Assembly: GCA_976551045.1 (NCBI GenBank)
Contig: CDPCPM010000369.1
Location: 620,001 to 684,000, forward strand
Reading direction: 5' to 3'
Source of the DNA: Glaucostegus cemiculus
Taxonomy: Eukaryota
Length of the DNA: 64,000 nucleotides
The notes beneath the pieces are model-generated. The model ran no database searches. It had not been told where the DNA came from and saw only the letters and a program-made list of their open reading frames with translations. The position numbers and the translations under genes were made by a program. Below are positions 1-12,430 of this stretch, in pieces (position 1 is the first letter of the stretch; every line of letters starts with the position of its first letter).

Positions 1-380
1 TTTGAAAGGTGACCTTAATTGTGTAAATTGTAGAAAAAAAATAAAAATTCTAAACAATATTCTATTCTACATTTTTAAGTCATAAAGTAAATAGCTTATA
101 ATGCACTAAATAATATGGTCAGATGCATTGAAAAATACTGCAGAATATCATCAAGAGTTTTTTTATATCCTATTGCTACTTCTTGCAATTTTTGTTAAAT
201 AAAAATTTTCATTCACTGGTAATAATCCCATAATTTCAAAGATTCTACAAATATATAGGTAGCAACAAAAACCTCTGTACTATATCCTGCAGAAAAACAA
301 TGCAAAACATCAGAGAAGCTTCCCTAAAGCACCTCAGGTGGGAAATGAACTAAGCTCTGGGAACTGGTCTCTGGAGCAGT

Positions 381-912
381 CTGTCTGTCTATCTCTCCAC
401 CTCACTCCCTCTCTCTCTCATTCTCACTCTCTCTCACACACATACGCACACATACAAATTCCACCTCCCCCCACATACATATGCACAAACATTCACTCAA
501 GCAGTCTCATTCAAACTTTTGCACATCCTTGATGTGTCTGTCTGTTTGTCTCTCTCTCTCTCATATACACACAAGCACACACACACGCACTCAAATACAT
601 TCAGACATCCTCATACACATTCCTGTTCACTTGTTCTCAAACATGCTTAACATTCACACTTTGTCGCACAGAATCACACTCACTTCTTTTTCAGTCAGGC
701 ACGTTTACAAACAGGGCTAACACATTAATTCATTATATCTCTCACTTTCTCATGCATATACACAGAGACACACACAAACACAGACACACACACATAGACA
801 CACACAATCACTCATGCGTGCACTCACACACTCTCACATTCTAGCACTCTCATCTGCACAATCACAGTCACACTCTGCCACACACACTCTCAGCACTCAC
901 ACAATCACAAGC
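381..912. repeat. (CA)n/(CT)n-rich low-complexity microsatellite tract
   Basis: Runs of cacaca/ctctct throughout; explains the His/Thr/Ser-rich ORFs at 338-720. Confidence 0.85.
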
Positions 913-1665
913 TCACTGGCTTTTATCCTGTAGTCACTCTAGCTGAGTTTATAAAAGTAAATATTGTAGCAGTCTACTTTACCTGGAAATTATTACTGGT
1001 TTCAGAGTTTCCTGTTGTCGGATCGGGACAGGTCTCTCACTGTCAACAGATTTAGGTTTAACTAAGTACCTGCCTTTCAGTAAGATGAGAAGCACAAGAC
1101 AGCTCTCACTCTTCGGAGTACAGAGTACTTAAAGCATTGCTGCCCAAAGCCTTTTGGTAGTTGCTGTGGTTTATTTAATTTGTCAGTATAATGGAAGCAG
1201 CTGAGTGAGAGACAGAGTGCATGGTCATATAAAAGGAACAAAAGCAAAAAGTACCCACTATTTTGATTTCCTTTTAAAAATTACTTCCAAAGTGTGATAT
1301 CTATTGTGAAGAATAATGCTGAACAAAGCACAGTGTCTTGGCAATATTCACCAAGCTTATTCACACTGCCAATTCTGTCTGTACATTCAGAGGTACAATG
1401 CACTTACAAAAGATGTATTGGGAGGTCTATAGTTCCTATTGTAGGCTCAGTATAAACAAAAGAGAGCTGGAAGTTGAGTGATGCGTACTCACACAGAAAA
1501 CAGCTTATTTAGTTCAACCATGTTCAATGTGGTGTTGCAGTTTAGATTCAATGAGTAACATATATTAAATAGCAAAATACTAACCAGAGAGCAACAGATA
1601 AAATTTGTGATTTTGTTTTAAAGACTAGAAGTAAAATGGAGAAACAGAAATGATTCCATGGTTAC

Positions 1666-1860
1666 AAAATACAAACAGAAAATGGTGGAAATTGTCAGGA
1701 GGTCAGGCGATTTCTGTGGAGACAGGGTCTCCACCTCAATGCCCTAATCAGACCACCAGTGTTAACTTTCTCTTCAAACGCTCTTTATCATGCTGATTGT
1801 TTCTGGTCACTTTGGTTCTTATTTCCGATTTTCAGCAATTACTATATTTTTTTCTTTTGC
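1666..1860. mobile_element. Degenerate Penelope-terminus-derived inverted-repeat element
   Basis: Left arm aaacagaaaatggtggaaattgtcaggaggtcaggc is roughly complementary to right arm tgctgattgtttctggtcactttggttcttatttccgattttcagc; same motif family as the Penelope end at 52428. Confidence 0.5.
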
Positions 1861-2224
1861 TTATCTGAAAGAGAAAGTTATTTATGCAAGTTTTATAGCA
1901 ACTAAATACAATTAGTTAACACTCCATATGCTCAAGGGGTCTTCATTCTGAAATGTTAACTGCTTCTTTTTCCATATATGTGCCTTACTGCGTTGAGTAT
2001 TTCCAACATTTTCTGTTTTAATTTACACCCACTGATTGCTTAATGTAAACACAAGAAAGTAAATGATTTCTCAACTCAGCCCAGCTCCAAAGGTAATTCT
2101 GCAAACGTCACATAACTGAATTCAACATGTTGGTGCCATTCATTGCATAAAATCTGAGACAAACTTATTCAAAACATTATGTACTACAGTGATCTTGAAA
2201 AAAGCTGCTAAATTCTACAGGGCA

Positions 2225-2752
2225 TATGTGTAGAAGTTAGAAGTAAGAAAGGGATGATCACTTTGCTGTGGTTATACTCTTGGCTTCCCAAATAGTGGGA
2301 ATTAGGGAACAGATATGTAAGCAAATTGCAGAAAGGTGTAAAAGCAATGGGGTTATAATAGTGGGGGATTTAAACTTTTCTAGAATTGACTGGTATTGCC
2401 TTAGTGCAAAGGGCTTAGATGGGATGAATTTGCATCCAAGAAAGTTTTTTAAGACAATTTGTAGATAATCCTCCCAGAGAAGGAAATGAAACTGGACAGG
2501 TTAAAAGTTTAGGTGGGGAACAGTTGGAAACAGTTACCATAATTCTGTAAGTTTCAAGGTAGTAATGGAAAGGGATAAGGTTGGTCCTCAAGTTTCTAAA
2601 CTGGGGTTAAGGCTGATTTTGACAGGCCAAGAAAAGAACTGGTGAACGTAGATTAGGAGCAGATGGTTGCAGGTAAACCAACTTCAGACAAAAGAGAGTT
2701 TGCAAGAGTTCAGAGCCAACGTGTCTGCTAAGGGTGAAAGGCAAAGATGGCA
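2225..2752 (+). mobile_element. CR1 LINE fragment, ORF2 endonuclease region
   Basis: Translation GVIIVGDLNFSRIDW matches the CR1 APE motif (V+MGDFNxPxIDW); stops and frameshifts. Confidence 0.8.
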
Positions 2753-3027
2753 ATCATGAGAAAAGAAGTGCAGCATCAAGTCTGCACGCAAAAAGCTCCT
2801 GCAAACAGCTAACTGTCGATGATCTGTTTCTTTGGTGGAAAAAAGTGAAACTAATGCAGAGGAAACCAGAGATAAAAAGAGGAAGTGCTGTAAATACTCA
2901 GCAGGTTGGAAGCATCTAGAGGACTGAAACTGAGTTAATGTTTAATATCAATGATAAAACATTTCCATCACTTTCTCTTTTATTTCTGTTTTTTAAGTCA
3001 GTTTGATTCAAGATGTTTGCTAAGCAC

Positions 3028-3243
3028 CAGGGAGAACTCTCTAATTCTTCCTTAAGTAACGCTTTGGGATATTTCATGTCAACCTCTGAGAGCAGCTAGG
3101 GCCTTCATTTCTTTCATTCAAAAGGTGGCACCTGTGAGAATATAGCACTTCTTCAGTAACACACGGGGATTGTCGGTTAGACCACTTCTGAAGAGGGACC
3201 TTCTGAGTTAACATTGACTGCTTTCCACTGAGCTACAGCTGCG
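3028..3243 (-). mobile_element. Deu-domain SINE relic (AmnSINE1/SacSINE1-like)
   Basis: cattcaaaaggtggcacctgtgagaatatagcacttcttcagta resembles the antisense Deu core (catccgaaagacggcacctccgacagtgcagcactccctcagta, recalled from memory). Confidence 0.55.
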
Positions 3244-3643
3244 ACTTGGGTGTTGAGTTGGTGAAGCTGATTTCCCTCAGAATCTGGAAACCCTCAGAAT
3301 TCACCACTCCTCTTTCACTTTGCTCATTTTCGCTTTGCTTTCTACAAAGCAGCAACAGGCTCGTTAGCCACTGCTGGATGTCATCCACATCTCTAAATGA
3401 AGTTCTAATCAATGGCTTTGAATTAACTTGTACCTCAGCAAACACCAAGTATATTCACCAAGAGATTTTATCATTGCAGATGTTTTCACAGGTTTAAAAA
3501 AATGCTAGTTAGTGGCGTAGTGAGACAGTGAAATCTGAAATTGTATCTCCCACAATAATTAGCAACAAAGATGAGGAAGATGAATTCTGAACATTGTATT
3601 GCTGCTGTTTTCTGTTATGCTCTGAATCAATCTAAATGACATA

Positions 3644-3731
3644 TGGGTAGGTTAATTTGGGGGTTTAAAATGGGCGGCGCGGAATCATTGGGCCGAAAGG
3701 GCCTGTTACCACCCTGTAAATAAATTTTTTT
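3644..3731 (+). mobile_element. V-SINE 3' tail fragment (CR1-like tail type)
   Basis: Near-identical to 5878-5955 (ggtaggttaatttgggggtttaaaatgggcggcgcgga...gggccgaaagggcctgttacc). Confidence 0.85.
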
Positions 3732-3734
3732 TAC

Positions 3735-5100
3735 CCACCTCTACTGCATCCTTTACAGCTCATTCCATATATTCACCTTCTGTGTGAAAAATTTGCCTCT
3801 CGGGTCCCCTTTAATTCATTCCCCTCTCACCTTAAACCCATGCCCTAATAATAGCTTAAGGCACTCAATTTATTTTAGACTCCCTACTCTGGGAAAAAGA
3901 TTGTTACCATCCAATCTATGACCCTCATAATTTTATAAACCTCTTTAAGGTCACCCTTCAGCTTCCTTCACACCAGGGAAAATAGCCCTAGCCTTTCCAG
4001 TCTCTCCCTGCAACTCAAGCCCTCCAGTCTTGGTAACATCCTTGTGAATCTTTTCTGCACCTTCTCTAGTTTAATCATATTCTTTCTATAGTATGGTGAC
4101 CAGAACGGCATACAATATTCCATGTGCATTCTCACCAATGTCATACACAGCTGTAACATGATGTCCCATCTTCAGTATTCAGTGCCCTGTCTTATGAAGG
4201 CAAGTGTGCCATATACCTTCTTCACTATCTTGACTACCTCTGTTGACATTTTCAGGGAACTATGTATTTGTATCTCTAGGTCTCTGTTCTACAATTCTCC
4301 TCAGGGCCAAGTCAAGTCATGTCAAGTCAAGTCTATTGTCATATTCACAAGTACATGGATGCACAAGTGCAATGGCAAACTTACTTGCAGTAGCATCACA
4401 GGCACATAGCATTAAAGGCACGGCATTCAGAAAAAAACATAAATTATACATAAATTATACAAGAACTGTACAAGTAAAAACAATTCAAAACAAAAAAAAA
4501 TAAACAAAGTCCATTCTAGTGAGAAGTGGTCATAGTGTTACTATTCTGAGGTAATGATTAGGGCTGTGCAGGTTGATTCAAGAACCAAATGGTTGAAGGG
4601 AAGTAGCTGTTCTTGAACCTGGTGGTGTGAGACTTCAGTCAGATTTTGAGTATATAACTATATAACTATATTCCTGTCATTTACTGTCTAAGTCCTGCCC
4701 TGTAACTTAAAATGCATCACTTACACGTGTCTGCCTACTTCCCCTATGGTAACCTCAGAAAACCTTCTTCACAGTCCACCACACCATCAATTTTGATATC
4801 ATCCACAAACTTACTAATCATGCCACCTACAATCTCATCCAAATCATTAACATATATGACCCAGCATTCATCTCTGAGCCATGCCACTGGTCACAAGCCT
4901 CCTTTCTGAAAAATAACCCTCCACTACCACCCTCTGACACCTTCTACCATGCCAAGTTTGTATCTAATTGGCTAGACTACCCTGGATCACATGTGATGTT
5001 ACCTTTGGACCAGCCTACTGAATGAAACCTTGTCGAAAGACCATGTAAAGTCTATGTAGACAACACCTAACCATCCTCCCCTTGTTCGTCCTCCTGGTCA
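3735..5100 (-). mobile_element. CR1 LINE RT/C-terminal fragment, interrupted by a Rex insertion
   Basis: ORF 3968-4159 LVRMHMEYCMPFWSPYYRKNMIKLEKVQKRFTRMLP is the CR1 ORF2 C-terminus; the RT segment (ISKFVDDIKIDG-like) continues on the minus strand at 4680-5100. Confidence 0.9.
4308..4640 (-). mobile_element. Rex1/Babar-type LINE 3' end with (CTTGA)n tail
   Basis: caagtcaagtcatgtcaagtcaagtctattgtc tail, plus gaagtagctgttcttgaacctggtggtg (antisense TTRFKNSYFP). Confidence 0.7.
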
Positions 5101-5719
5101 CTGTTACTGTAGGGCAGACTGTGTGGCTACCCAGGGTGGTAAAGTGTAGCTCATGTTCCAAGTGCAGTGCCAACCATTGCAAATGCCTTAAGTGATGACC
5201 TCTATCAGAATGAATGAGCCTTGTCTAGTTCTTGGACAACATATCACTTTCTTTGAGGAAATTATTCTCATGGTCTGTATCATCAGCACATTGAGGGAAT
5301 GGAAACCTCTCCCATCATAAGCAGGTCTCATTTATTAAGAGGAGCAGTTTGAGCAGGTCTGGTCAATGTCTGCACCATGGGAAGCCAGCACTGCTGACAA
5401 ATGCCAGTGACTTGCCAGGAACTTATTTTTGTATTGTAGGTTACATGAGAGGCATTGGTGCTTTGCACAAAGAAAGTATTAACTTGACGACACAACTAAT
5501 GTATGGACCTAACAACACTCTGAATGTATACACTAGGCAATACAATGAATGAAAAGAAAATCGGGTACTGTTTTATGTTTCTTGTATATACATTTTATGA
5601 ATAAAATGTATTCTTTAAAATAAAAAGTTATGTTCAAAGACTAGTATGGGCGTAATAACTAAGTTGTGCAAGACGAACTAGGCCAGGTCGGTAGATATTT
5701 GTAACACAGAGGGTATGCC

Positions 5720-5963
5720 GGCACGATAGTTTAGCGGTTAGCGCGACGCTGTTACAGCGCCAGCGATCGGGTTCGATTCCCGTCGCTGTCTGTAAGGAGT
5801 TTGTAAGTTCTGTCTGCCGCGTCTGCGTGGGTTTCCTCCGGGTGCTCCGGTTTCCTCCCACATTCTAAAGACCTACAGGTAGGTTAATTTGGGGGTTTAA
5901 AATGGGCGGCGCGGACTCGTTGGGCCGAAAGGGCCTGTTACCGCTCTGTAAATAAAAAAAAAT
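5720..5963 (+). mobile_element. Full-length tRNA-derived V-SINE (HE1-like) with CR1-like tail
   Basis: A-box-like tagcggttagcgcg, B box GGTTCGATTCC, V domain gcgtgggtttcctccgggtgctccggtttcctcccaca, tail gggccgaaagggcctg, A-rich end; CpGs intact. Confidence 0.92.
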
Positions 5964-6079
5964 AACTCTCGCTTCAATTGTTTGAATAAATGAGTGCTTC
6001 AAGGAAAACAAAGAGTTGCAGTGGGTTTTAATTACCATAATGTGAAGCGGAATGAATAAGAGTCATAGTCCAAAGATCT

Positions 6080-6460
6080 TTGCGGAGTCAGGGCCTGAAT
6101 GCTGGCGACCTACCTGTAGACAAATTTGGTTCAATATTCGGCGGCCAGCCTCGGACGTGAAGGAGTCGGCAAGGCGGAAATGGTAGTATTGAAGGTGACA
6201 TCATTGCATTCCACTGTGGGCCAGAAGGAAACGCAGGGAATAACAACTGTGGGAATCTTGGGAACGAGAGGCCAGGGCCCAGGAAATAAATAGAGGGAAA
6301 AGGTTTTACTGTTGCGCCTTTATCCGCGCAGTATTCGGGACATGGGTATAGATTGCCCGGCTGTTAGAGAACCTTGGTTTTTAATCGATTGGTGGAAATA
6401 ATCTATCGGTCTACGCCTGGCCAGCCATCTGCTCACCACACGGGACCAATAACCAACCCA
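6080..6460. promoter_or_regulatory. Small CpG-rich promoter-like region
   Basis: Local CpG cluster outside repeats; GGCGGAAATGG (ETS/E2F/YY1-like); ATTGG and CCAAT boxes; minus-strand donor CAG|GTAGGT at 6113. Confidence 0.5.
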
Positions 6461-7499
6461 TTCTCTCCTTCCTTCTTTCCCACTCTGTTCATGTTGAATC
6501 TTCTGACCGTCTATACCAAGGTCTTACTCTGGCGTATTTCCCACGTGAAAAAACCTCCGTTCCTCATTTCCTGCCTCCAATATCTCCAGTGCTGTGGTTG
6601 GCTCAAACCTGTCGGCACTGGGTTCAAGACTTCTTGATGAAATGATTGTCCACGCTCCCACAAATCTTACGGTTCTGCTTAGTGAGAAGAGGTGATACAG
6701 TTTTACAGCAAATTGCGTGTGTGTGTGTGTGTTGGGGTGGTCGGCTGAATTCAGTGATGGCGGGCTGGGGTAAGGGGGGAAAATATAGGAAAAGCGTGTG
6801 ATCTTTAATGGCAGCCTGCGTTCTATTCAGAGGAGCAATGGGCAGATTGTGGAGAGTAAATTTTAATCAGTGATGCCAATACAGTGTTGTTATAACAAAG
6901 CCTTCCACAACTGAAAGGCACTAAAAAACAGAAAGGAAAATTGGGAAGACTTTAAGAGGATGTTAAATTAAAAATGTTTAGACAGGTTGAAGGTTAAAAA
7001 ATATTTAAAAAAATGGAAAGAGTAATTTGAGAAATAAGGAAGGCCAGAACGGGCGGGATGTCAGTGAAAGCTGAGAATGCAGGGAATAGAAATTTGAAAT
7101 GTTTCCGACAACATTATTCACTTAAAAACTGTTCGTATATTTCACTTAGCAGTGGCAGAGATGTGTTGTTTGTATTCCTAGTAAAGATAGAAGGACAATG
7201 AAGTGGTTATTAAAAGCTGCAGTGCTTGAATATTCATGAGTGGAAGGTATCCAGGAGTGCTTCAGATACAAAGGGAGAAGTGGAGATTTTTTTTGCAATT
7301 CTTCAAACCTCAGGGTAGTACCAAAAATTGGCACATGGTTAAATGTCACAAAGTTGTAAGGTTGGCTATTGCACACTTATCAATATTAATAAAGAAGGAT
7401 TCTAGAGGTAATTAAATGGATTTGCTTCTCAACAGCTATATTTGGTTACACATCACAGCTGTAACATATCCCATGTGTTCAAATTTTTCTTCATTAAGG

Positions 7500-9215
7500 G
7501 TGCTGTTGCCACCCTATTCCCATCTCTAAATGCCCTTTGGAATGTGGGAATGAGCCTTCTGCAGCTGCTGCAGATATCCTGGTGAAAGTATCCCACAGTG
7601 TTGTTGAGTTGGGAGTTTCACGTTTTAGATTAGGTGACAATAATTTTTAAAAATGGTATATTTCCAATTAAGGAAAGGGTATAATTAGGTGGGAACCAGC
7701 ACAATTTTTTCCCATATACCCGCTGACTTGGTGATAGATGTTATAGGTTTGGGAAGTTCTGTTGAAGTAAATTTGGGCAAGTGACTGCTGTCAGTTTAAT
7801 AGATGGAACATACTACATCCACAGTGCACCAGTGCTGGAGGGGGTGAATAGGCAATGTGGTTGGGGAACCAATTGTATTGCTTTACCATGAAAGACAATG
7901 AGTTTCTTGAGTGTTGTTGAAGGATGTCAGGAGATGAGTTACTCATCACAAGATACTCTTTCTCTGACACAGTCCTATAGCCAAGATATTTATGTGGTTG
8001 ATCAGTTTAAGTTTCAATGGTGATCCCTGAGTTTTGTTAGACCAGGAGGCCTCAGGAATGACAATACCACTGAATGTCAGTGGTATGTGGTTGTTAGATT
8101 CTCTGTTCTTGGAGGAGGCATGACTTGGCTCTCATCTGGCATGAATTGGTTTTGGTATTGGTTTATTATTGTCACTTGTACCGAGGTACAGTGAAAAGCT
8201 CATCTTACACACCGATCGTACAGGTCAATTCATTACACAGTGCAGTTACATTGAGTCAGTACAGAGTGCATTGACGTAGTACAGATAAAAACAGTAACAG
8301 TACAGAGTAAAGTGTCACAGCTACAGAGAAAATGCAGTGCAATAAGGTGCAGGGTCACAACAAGGTAGATTGTGAGGTCAGAGTCCATCTCATTGTATAA
8401 GCAAACTGTTCAATAGTCTTATCACAGTAGGGTAGAAGCTGTCCTCGAGTCTGGTGGTACATGCCTTCAGTCTCCTGCATCTTCTACCTAATGGAAGAGG
8501 AGAGAAGAGAGAATGTCCTGAGTTGGTGGAGCCTTTGATTATGCTGACTGCTTCACCAAGACAACGAGAGGTAAAGACAGAGTCCAAGGAGGGGAGGCTG
8601 GTGTCCATAATGTGCTGAGCTGTGTCCACAACTCTCCACAGCTTCTTGTGGTCCTGGGCAGAGCAGTTGTCATACCAAGCCATGATAATCCAGATAGGAT
8701 GCTTTCTATTGTGCATTGATAAAAGTTGGTGAGAGGCAAAGGGGACAAACCTAATGCCTTTCGCCTCCTGAGGAAGTGGAGGCACTGGTGAGCTTTCTTG
8801 GCCATGGCTTCTATGTGATTTGACCAGAACAGGCTGTTGGTGATGTTCACTCCCAGGAACTTGAAGCTCTTAACCCTCTTGCCCTCAGCACCATTGATGT
8901 AGACAGTTATAGTAACACACACAAAGCTGGAGGAAGGTTATTGATGAAATACCTGAAGGTTTTAGGCCCAAGTCACTGCCCCAAAATACTGCTGCAGTGA
9001 TATTCTGGGGATGGGATAATCGACATTCAATAGCAAAACTACCTTCCTCTATGAGAACTATGACTGAAGCCAGTGGCAAGTTTTGCCAGGGCTTCTTGGT
9101 GCCACACTAAGATGAAAGCTCCTTTGATAACTAATTGTAGCCACAATTAGTCCTTTTCCCCCAGGTTTGTGCTAAGGCTGTGACAAAGTCTGAAGTTGAA
9201 TGGTCCTGGTAAAAC
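7500..9215 (-). mobile_element. Old L2/Crack-like (CR1 group) LINE 3' half, split by a Rex insertion
   Basis: Minus-strand SHPQNITAAVFWGSDLG resembles the RT motif QPQDITAGVPQGSVLG; same family as the plus-strand copy at 27.0-29.6 kb. Confidence 0.65.
8147..8922 (-). mobile_element. Rex1/Babar LINE 3' portion
   Basis: INGAEGKRVKSFKFLGVNITNSLFWSNHI...FYQCTIESILSG and TTRLEDSFYPTVIRLLN; tail gtgacaataataaaccaataccaa. Confidence 0.92.
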
Positions 9216-9675
9216 CATGCAAATCTATTCCATTATTTCATCTTTTTACAAAAGAAAACAAAACCCTTATATCAGAAGCAAATAAGAGCTCAAAGGGTAA
9301 ATTTGATATTTTTTTGTCTGTGTGGCACTGTGGTCATATGATTTGGGAATTTTAGATTATAACTCGTTTCTCTATTTTTTTTATTTCCATGCAGACACCA
9401 AATCTTACTAATATAAGGCTATTTTGAAGTTTGATAACTGCAACCATTCTGATACCTCTAACCAATGTGTAGGCACTACCTCAAATATACTGACTGAGCA
9501 ATACAAGTGATGAAAAAATTACTTTTTTAATTCAGTCAAATTAATGAGGGGAATCATTGAGCTATTGATTATTGTAATCTCTTATGTGACATTTCGCTTC
9601 TGTTAAATGTTTAATATTCCATTTCTTACTGCAAGCATTATGCATTTGGGGTGTTAAACATAACTCAGTTATTCC

Positions 9676-9868
9676 AAAAGCAAAATACTGCAGATAGTGG
9701 AAATCCGAAATAAAAAGAGAAAATTCTGGAAGTCCTCAGTAGTTTTGGCAACATCTACAGAGAAAGATACAGAATTAACTTTTATTTTTTGACCTAAATC
9801 ATTATCTCAGTCACTCCCTCCATAGATGCTGCCTGATCTGCTAAATATTTCCAGCACTTTCTGCTCTC
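9676..9868. mobile_element. Penelope-terminus-derived inverted-repeat element
   Basis: Arm gagaaaattctggaagtcctcagtag...ggcaacatcta pairs with tagatgctgcctgatctgctaaatatttccagcactttct. Confidence 0.6.
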
Positions 9869-9877
9869 GATAACTTA

Positions 9878-10170
9878 TTTGCTTCTGAGTCAGAAAGTTG
9901 TTCAAAGTGCATTCCAAAACCTAAGCCTGTAATCTAGTCTAAGGGTTCAAGTGTGGGGCCATGAATCCTCTACTATTGGAAATGTTGTCTTTCAGATCAG
10001 TTCCATCTTTGGTAAAGAATGGCATGGCACTATTTTGAAGAAGGACATGGTGTTTCTCCTCAATTTCCTCATTACTATTAATCCTATATCCCACATCTAG
10101 TCTTTCATCTCATTACTATTTGTGGGAACTTGCTGTACACTAACTGGCTGCCATTCTTTCTAGAATTTAG
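9878..10170 (+). mobile_element. Deu-domain SINE relic
   Basis: cttctgagtcagaaagttg head, atggcactattttgaagaag core, tttgtgggaacttgctgt...ggctgcc tail; opposite orientation to the copy at 3028. Confidence 0.55.
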
Positions 10171-12319
10171 GTTACCCTGACATAAAGAAAGGTGATGATA
10201 ATGTTAAGATTAATTTGCCTCTTACACTAAGATACACTTTACCCCTGTACTCACACCTGTGGGAAGAATGTTTAGAATGGGATATTGAGCACAATTTGTA
10301 CAGATTGTACAGAGAAGGACATCCTTCATCACAGTCAACATTAGAAACAACAATATTTGAGAGCTGTCAATGGCAGACATGCTTCATTGATTACAATGTG
10401 CAGTGGTGTGAGCTGTAAATTCCAGCCTGAATGTGTGGGTTTGACGGACCAGCCTTAGGTCAGTCCATTTAAAAATCAATTTGTTTTGTCAAAATGAAGT
10501 AGAAACTTCACAAATTGCTGGGGTTAGATGGAAAACTCCTGAATAAACCCATTAAAAGAGCTGATCACAAAATAACCTTTAAAGTACAATTTTTCAAAAT
10601 AATTTTCTGTACATTTTTAAAGAATGTTTAAAGCACATTGAGCAATTCCTGGATAAGTAAATTGAAAGCCTTAATATTACATGAAATGGTCTCTTGGGTG
10701 AACTCTGTCCATTAGTTCAGCACAGAGTATTACTTAATTCTGGATCCTGTATAAACATTTTCTTCAGCCCCACCTTACCATGTTTTCATCATTCTCATCA
10801 GTCCACCTACTCATCATTTCCATCAATCCCACTGACCAGTTTAAAACCTAATCTCTAGTCTGACAGCATTAAGTCTAGATGCCAGTAGAATGATGTGAGG
10901 CTATTGGTTAAATTCAGACAGCCTAGTCACCATTGAAGCTGCAAGGCAGTGATTTCCTGACCAGAGTTCCATGTATGAAGAGTCAGTGGTAAGGACTTTG
11001 TTCAACCTCTGGTTTCTCTACATTCCAGCTCAAGTGATGCCAGGGCTTTTGGCACTGAGTATCTCAGATTAAAATATTTCAAAAAATTAGGCCAACCTTA
11101 AAGTGGAGGTCAAGAGGTGCAATCTTCATGCTTCACAATTTTCTGTGGATTAATTGTCACTGTCAGCAATGGTTTCCTCACTAGTATCCATATTTGCCTT
11201 TGATTCGAATGATTTGTTTGATGGCTTTGCGCACAGTGATATCCAGGACTTTGACCTTTCCTTGCCAGATTGGACTACGCCTTGAGTAACTCCTGTTTGT
11301 CACTGCCAAACTTTGACCATGTGGCACTAAGTATTTCCATAAGCCTGACATGCATAAATTATGATCCATTGGGATCTCAGTTATTTTCCCTAAACTACTA
11401 AAATATCACGGCAGATATGTTTTCATCCAGGAACACCTCCATTAAGGAATCAATGTGACATCTCTATACCCCTTATGGACCATCTGTGATCTGATTAGTT
11501 GATATTTTCTGGTGGGAATACTAGAGAAACAAGGGACTGCAGATGCTGGAATCTAGAAGAAAAAAAAACAAGAAGATGATGGAGAAACTCAGACCAGATG
11601 ATGGTATTTTTTCAGGCTACACCATAATTGGGACACAATTCAAGAAGTTCAACCACCCATCTTCGAGGAACCAGAGGACTGTGATCTGTGAGGACACTGG
11701 GGTGGTGGTGGTGGTGGGGGTACCTGACCCTGATTAGGTCCCCGTGAGAATGGATAAGATCATGTGCTGCTGCTTAGATCATACTTCACTTAAAGGTGTT
11801 GGTTCTGTTCTGTGTCCATGACAAAAATTAAACGGGGGGGGGGGGGATGGGGGAGAGGGGCTGTGGATCTATGCTCTGACTTGCGCAATGATTGAGATTT
11901 ATGGTGTGATTTAGGTGCAACTTGTTTCACACCCCAGTGGGAATTTCCAACGAAGGTCGCCAAATGCAAACGGCACGGGTCACCTTTGAGAAACAGACAA
12001 TGGCAAAGCCGAGGTGCGGGTTCTTAAACTCCCTTCATAACGTGCTAGCAGGCTAGATCACTAACGTCCGTGTCGAACTTGAAGGCTAACACTGCTTAAG
12101 TAGCAGCGAGGGAGCAGGGAACAACATATTCCAGGAGACTACCTGTCCTCAGGATATGACCATTGTCAGGCAGAATGGAATCTGACGTCCACGTTTCACC
12201 AGCTGCAGGTAGAGGCCGGGGAATGACAGGTTGGCGAGGATGGCAAACTCTGCATCTCCCGTGTGAACGCCGGAAGCCCCCTTCCAACAGCCCGCTTCTC
12301 ACTGATGTTCTAGAGAAGG

Positions 12320-12430
12320 GATCAGGTATAAAATAGGATCGCAGCTTAGCGATGGGGAATGGGCAGAGATTGGCCGGAGAGGCCAATGTCACATTGGTTG
12401 CCTTTGGCTGACTTCAGTATAAAAGAAAAA
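12320..12430 (+). promoter_or_regulatory. Candidate TATA/CCAAT core promoter
   Basis: ATTGG 12369, CCAAT 12383, ATTGG 12393 and TATAAAA 12418 in CpG-retaining unique sequence. Confidence 0.3.

Noticed and set aside
983-1072. ETLKPVIISR resembles ARPC4 (ELLLQPVTISR)
   Set aside because: Flanking residues do not match and no other ARPC4 exons are present; chance similarity.
5100-5630. Possible Tx1/L1 3' relic (ttttatgaataaaatgtatt end)
   Set aside because: Too decayed to confirm any protein motif.
5720-5790. tRNA gene
   Set aside because: The A/B boxes belong to a SINE head; there is no cloverleaf and the sequence continues into the V domain.
12088-12100. miR-200a/141-like TAACACTG
   Set aside because: Only the seed matches; no mature sequence or hairpin.
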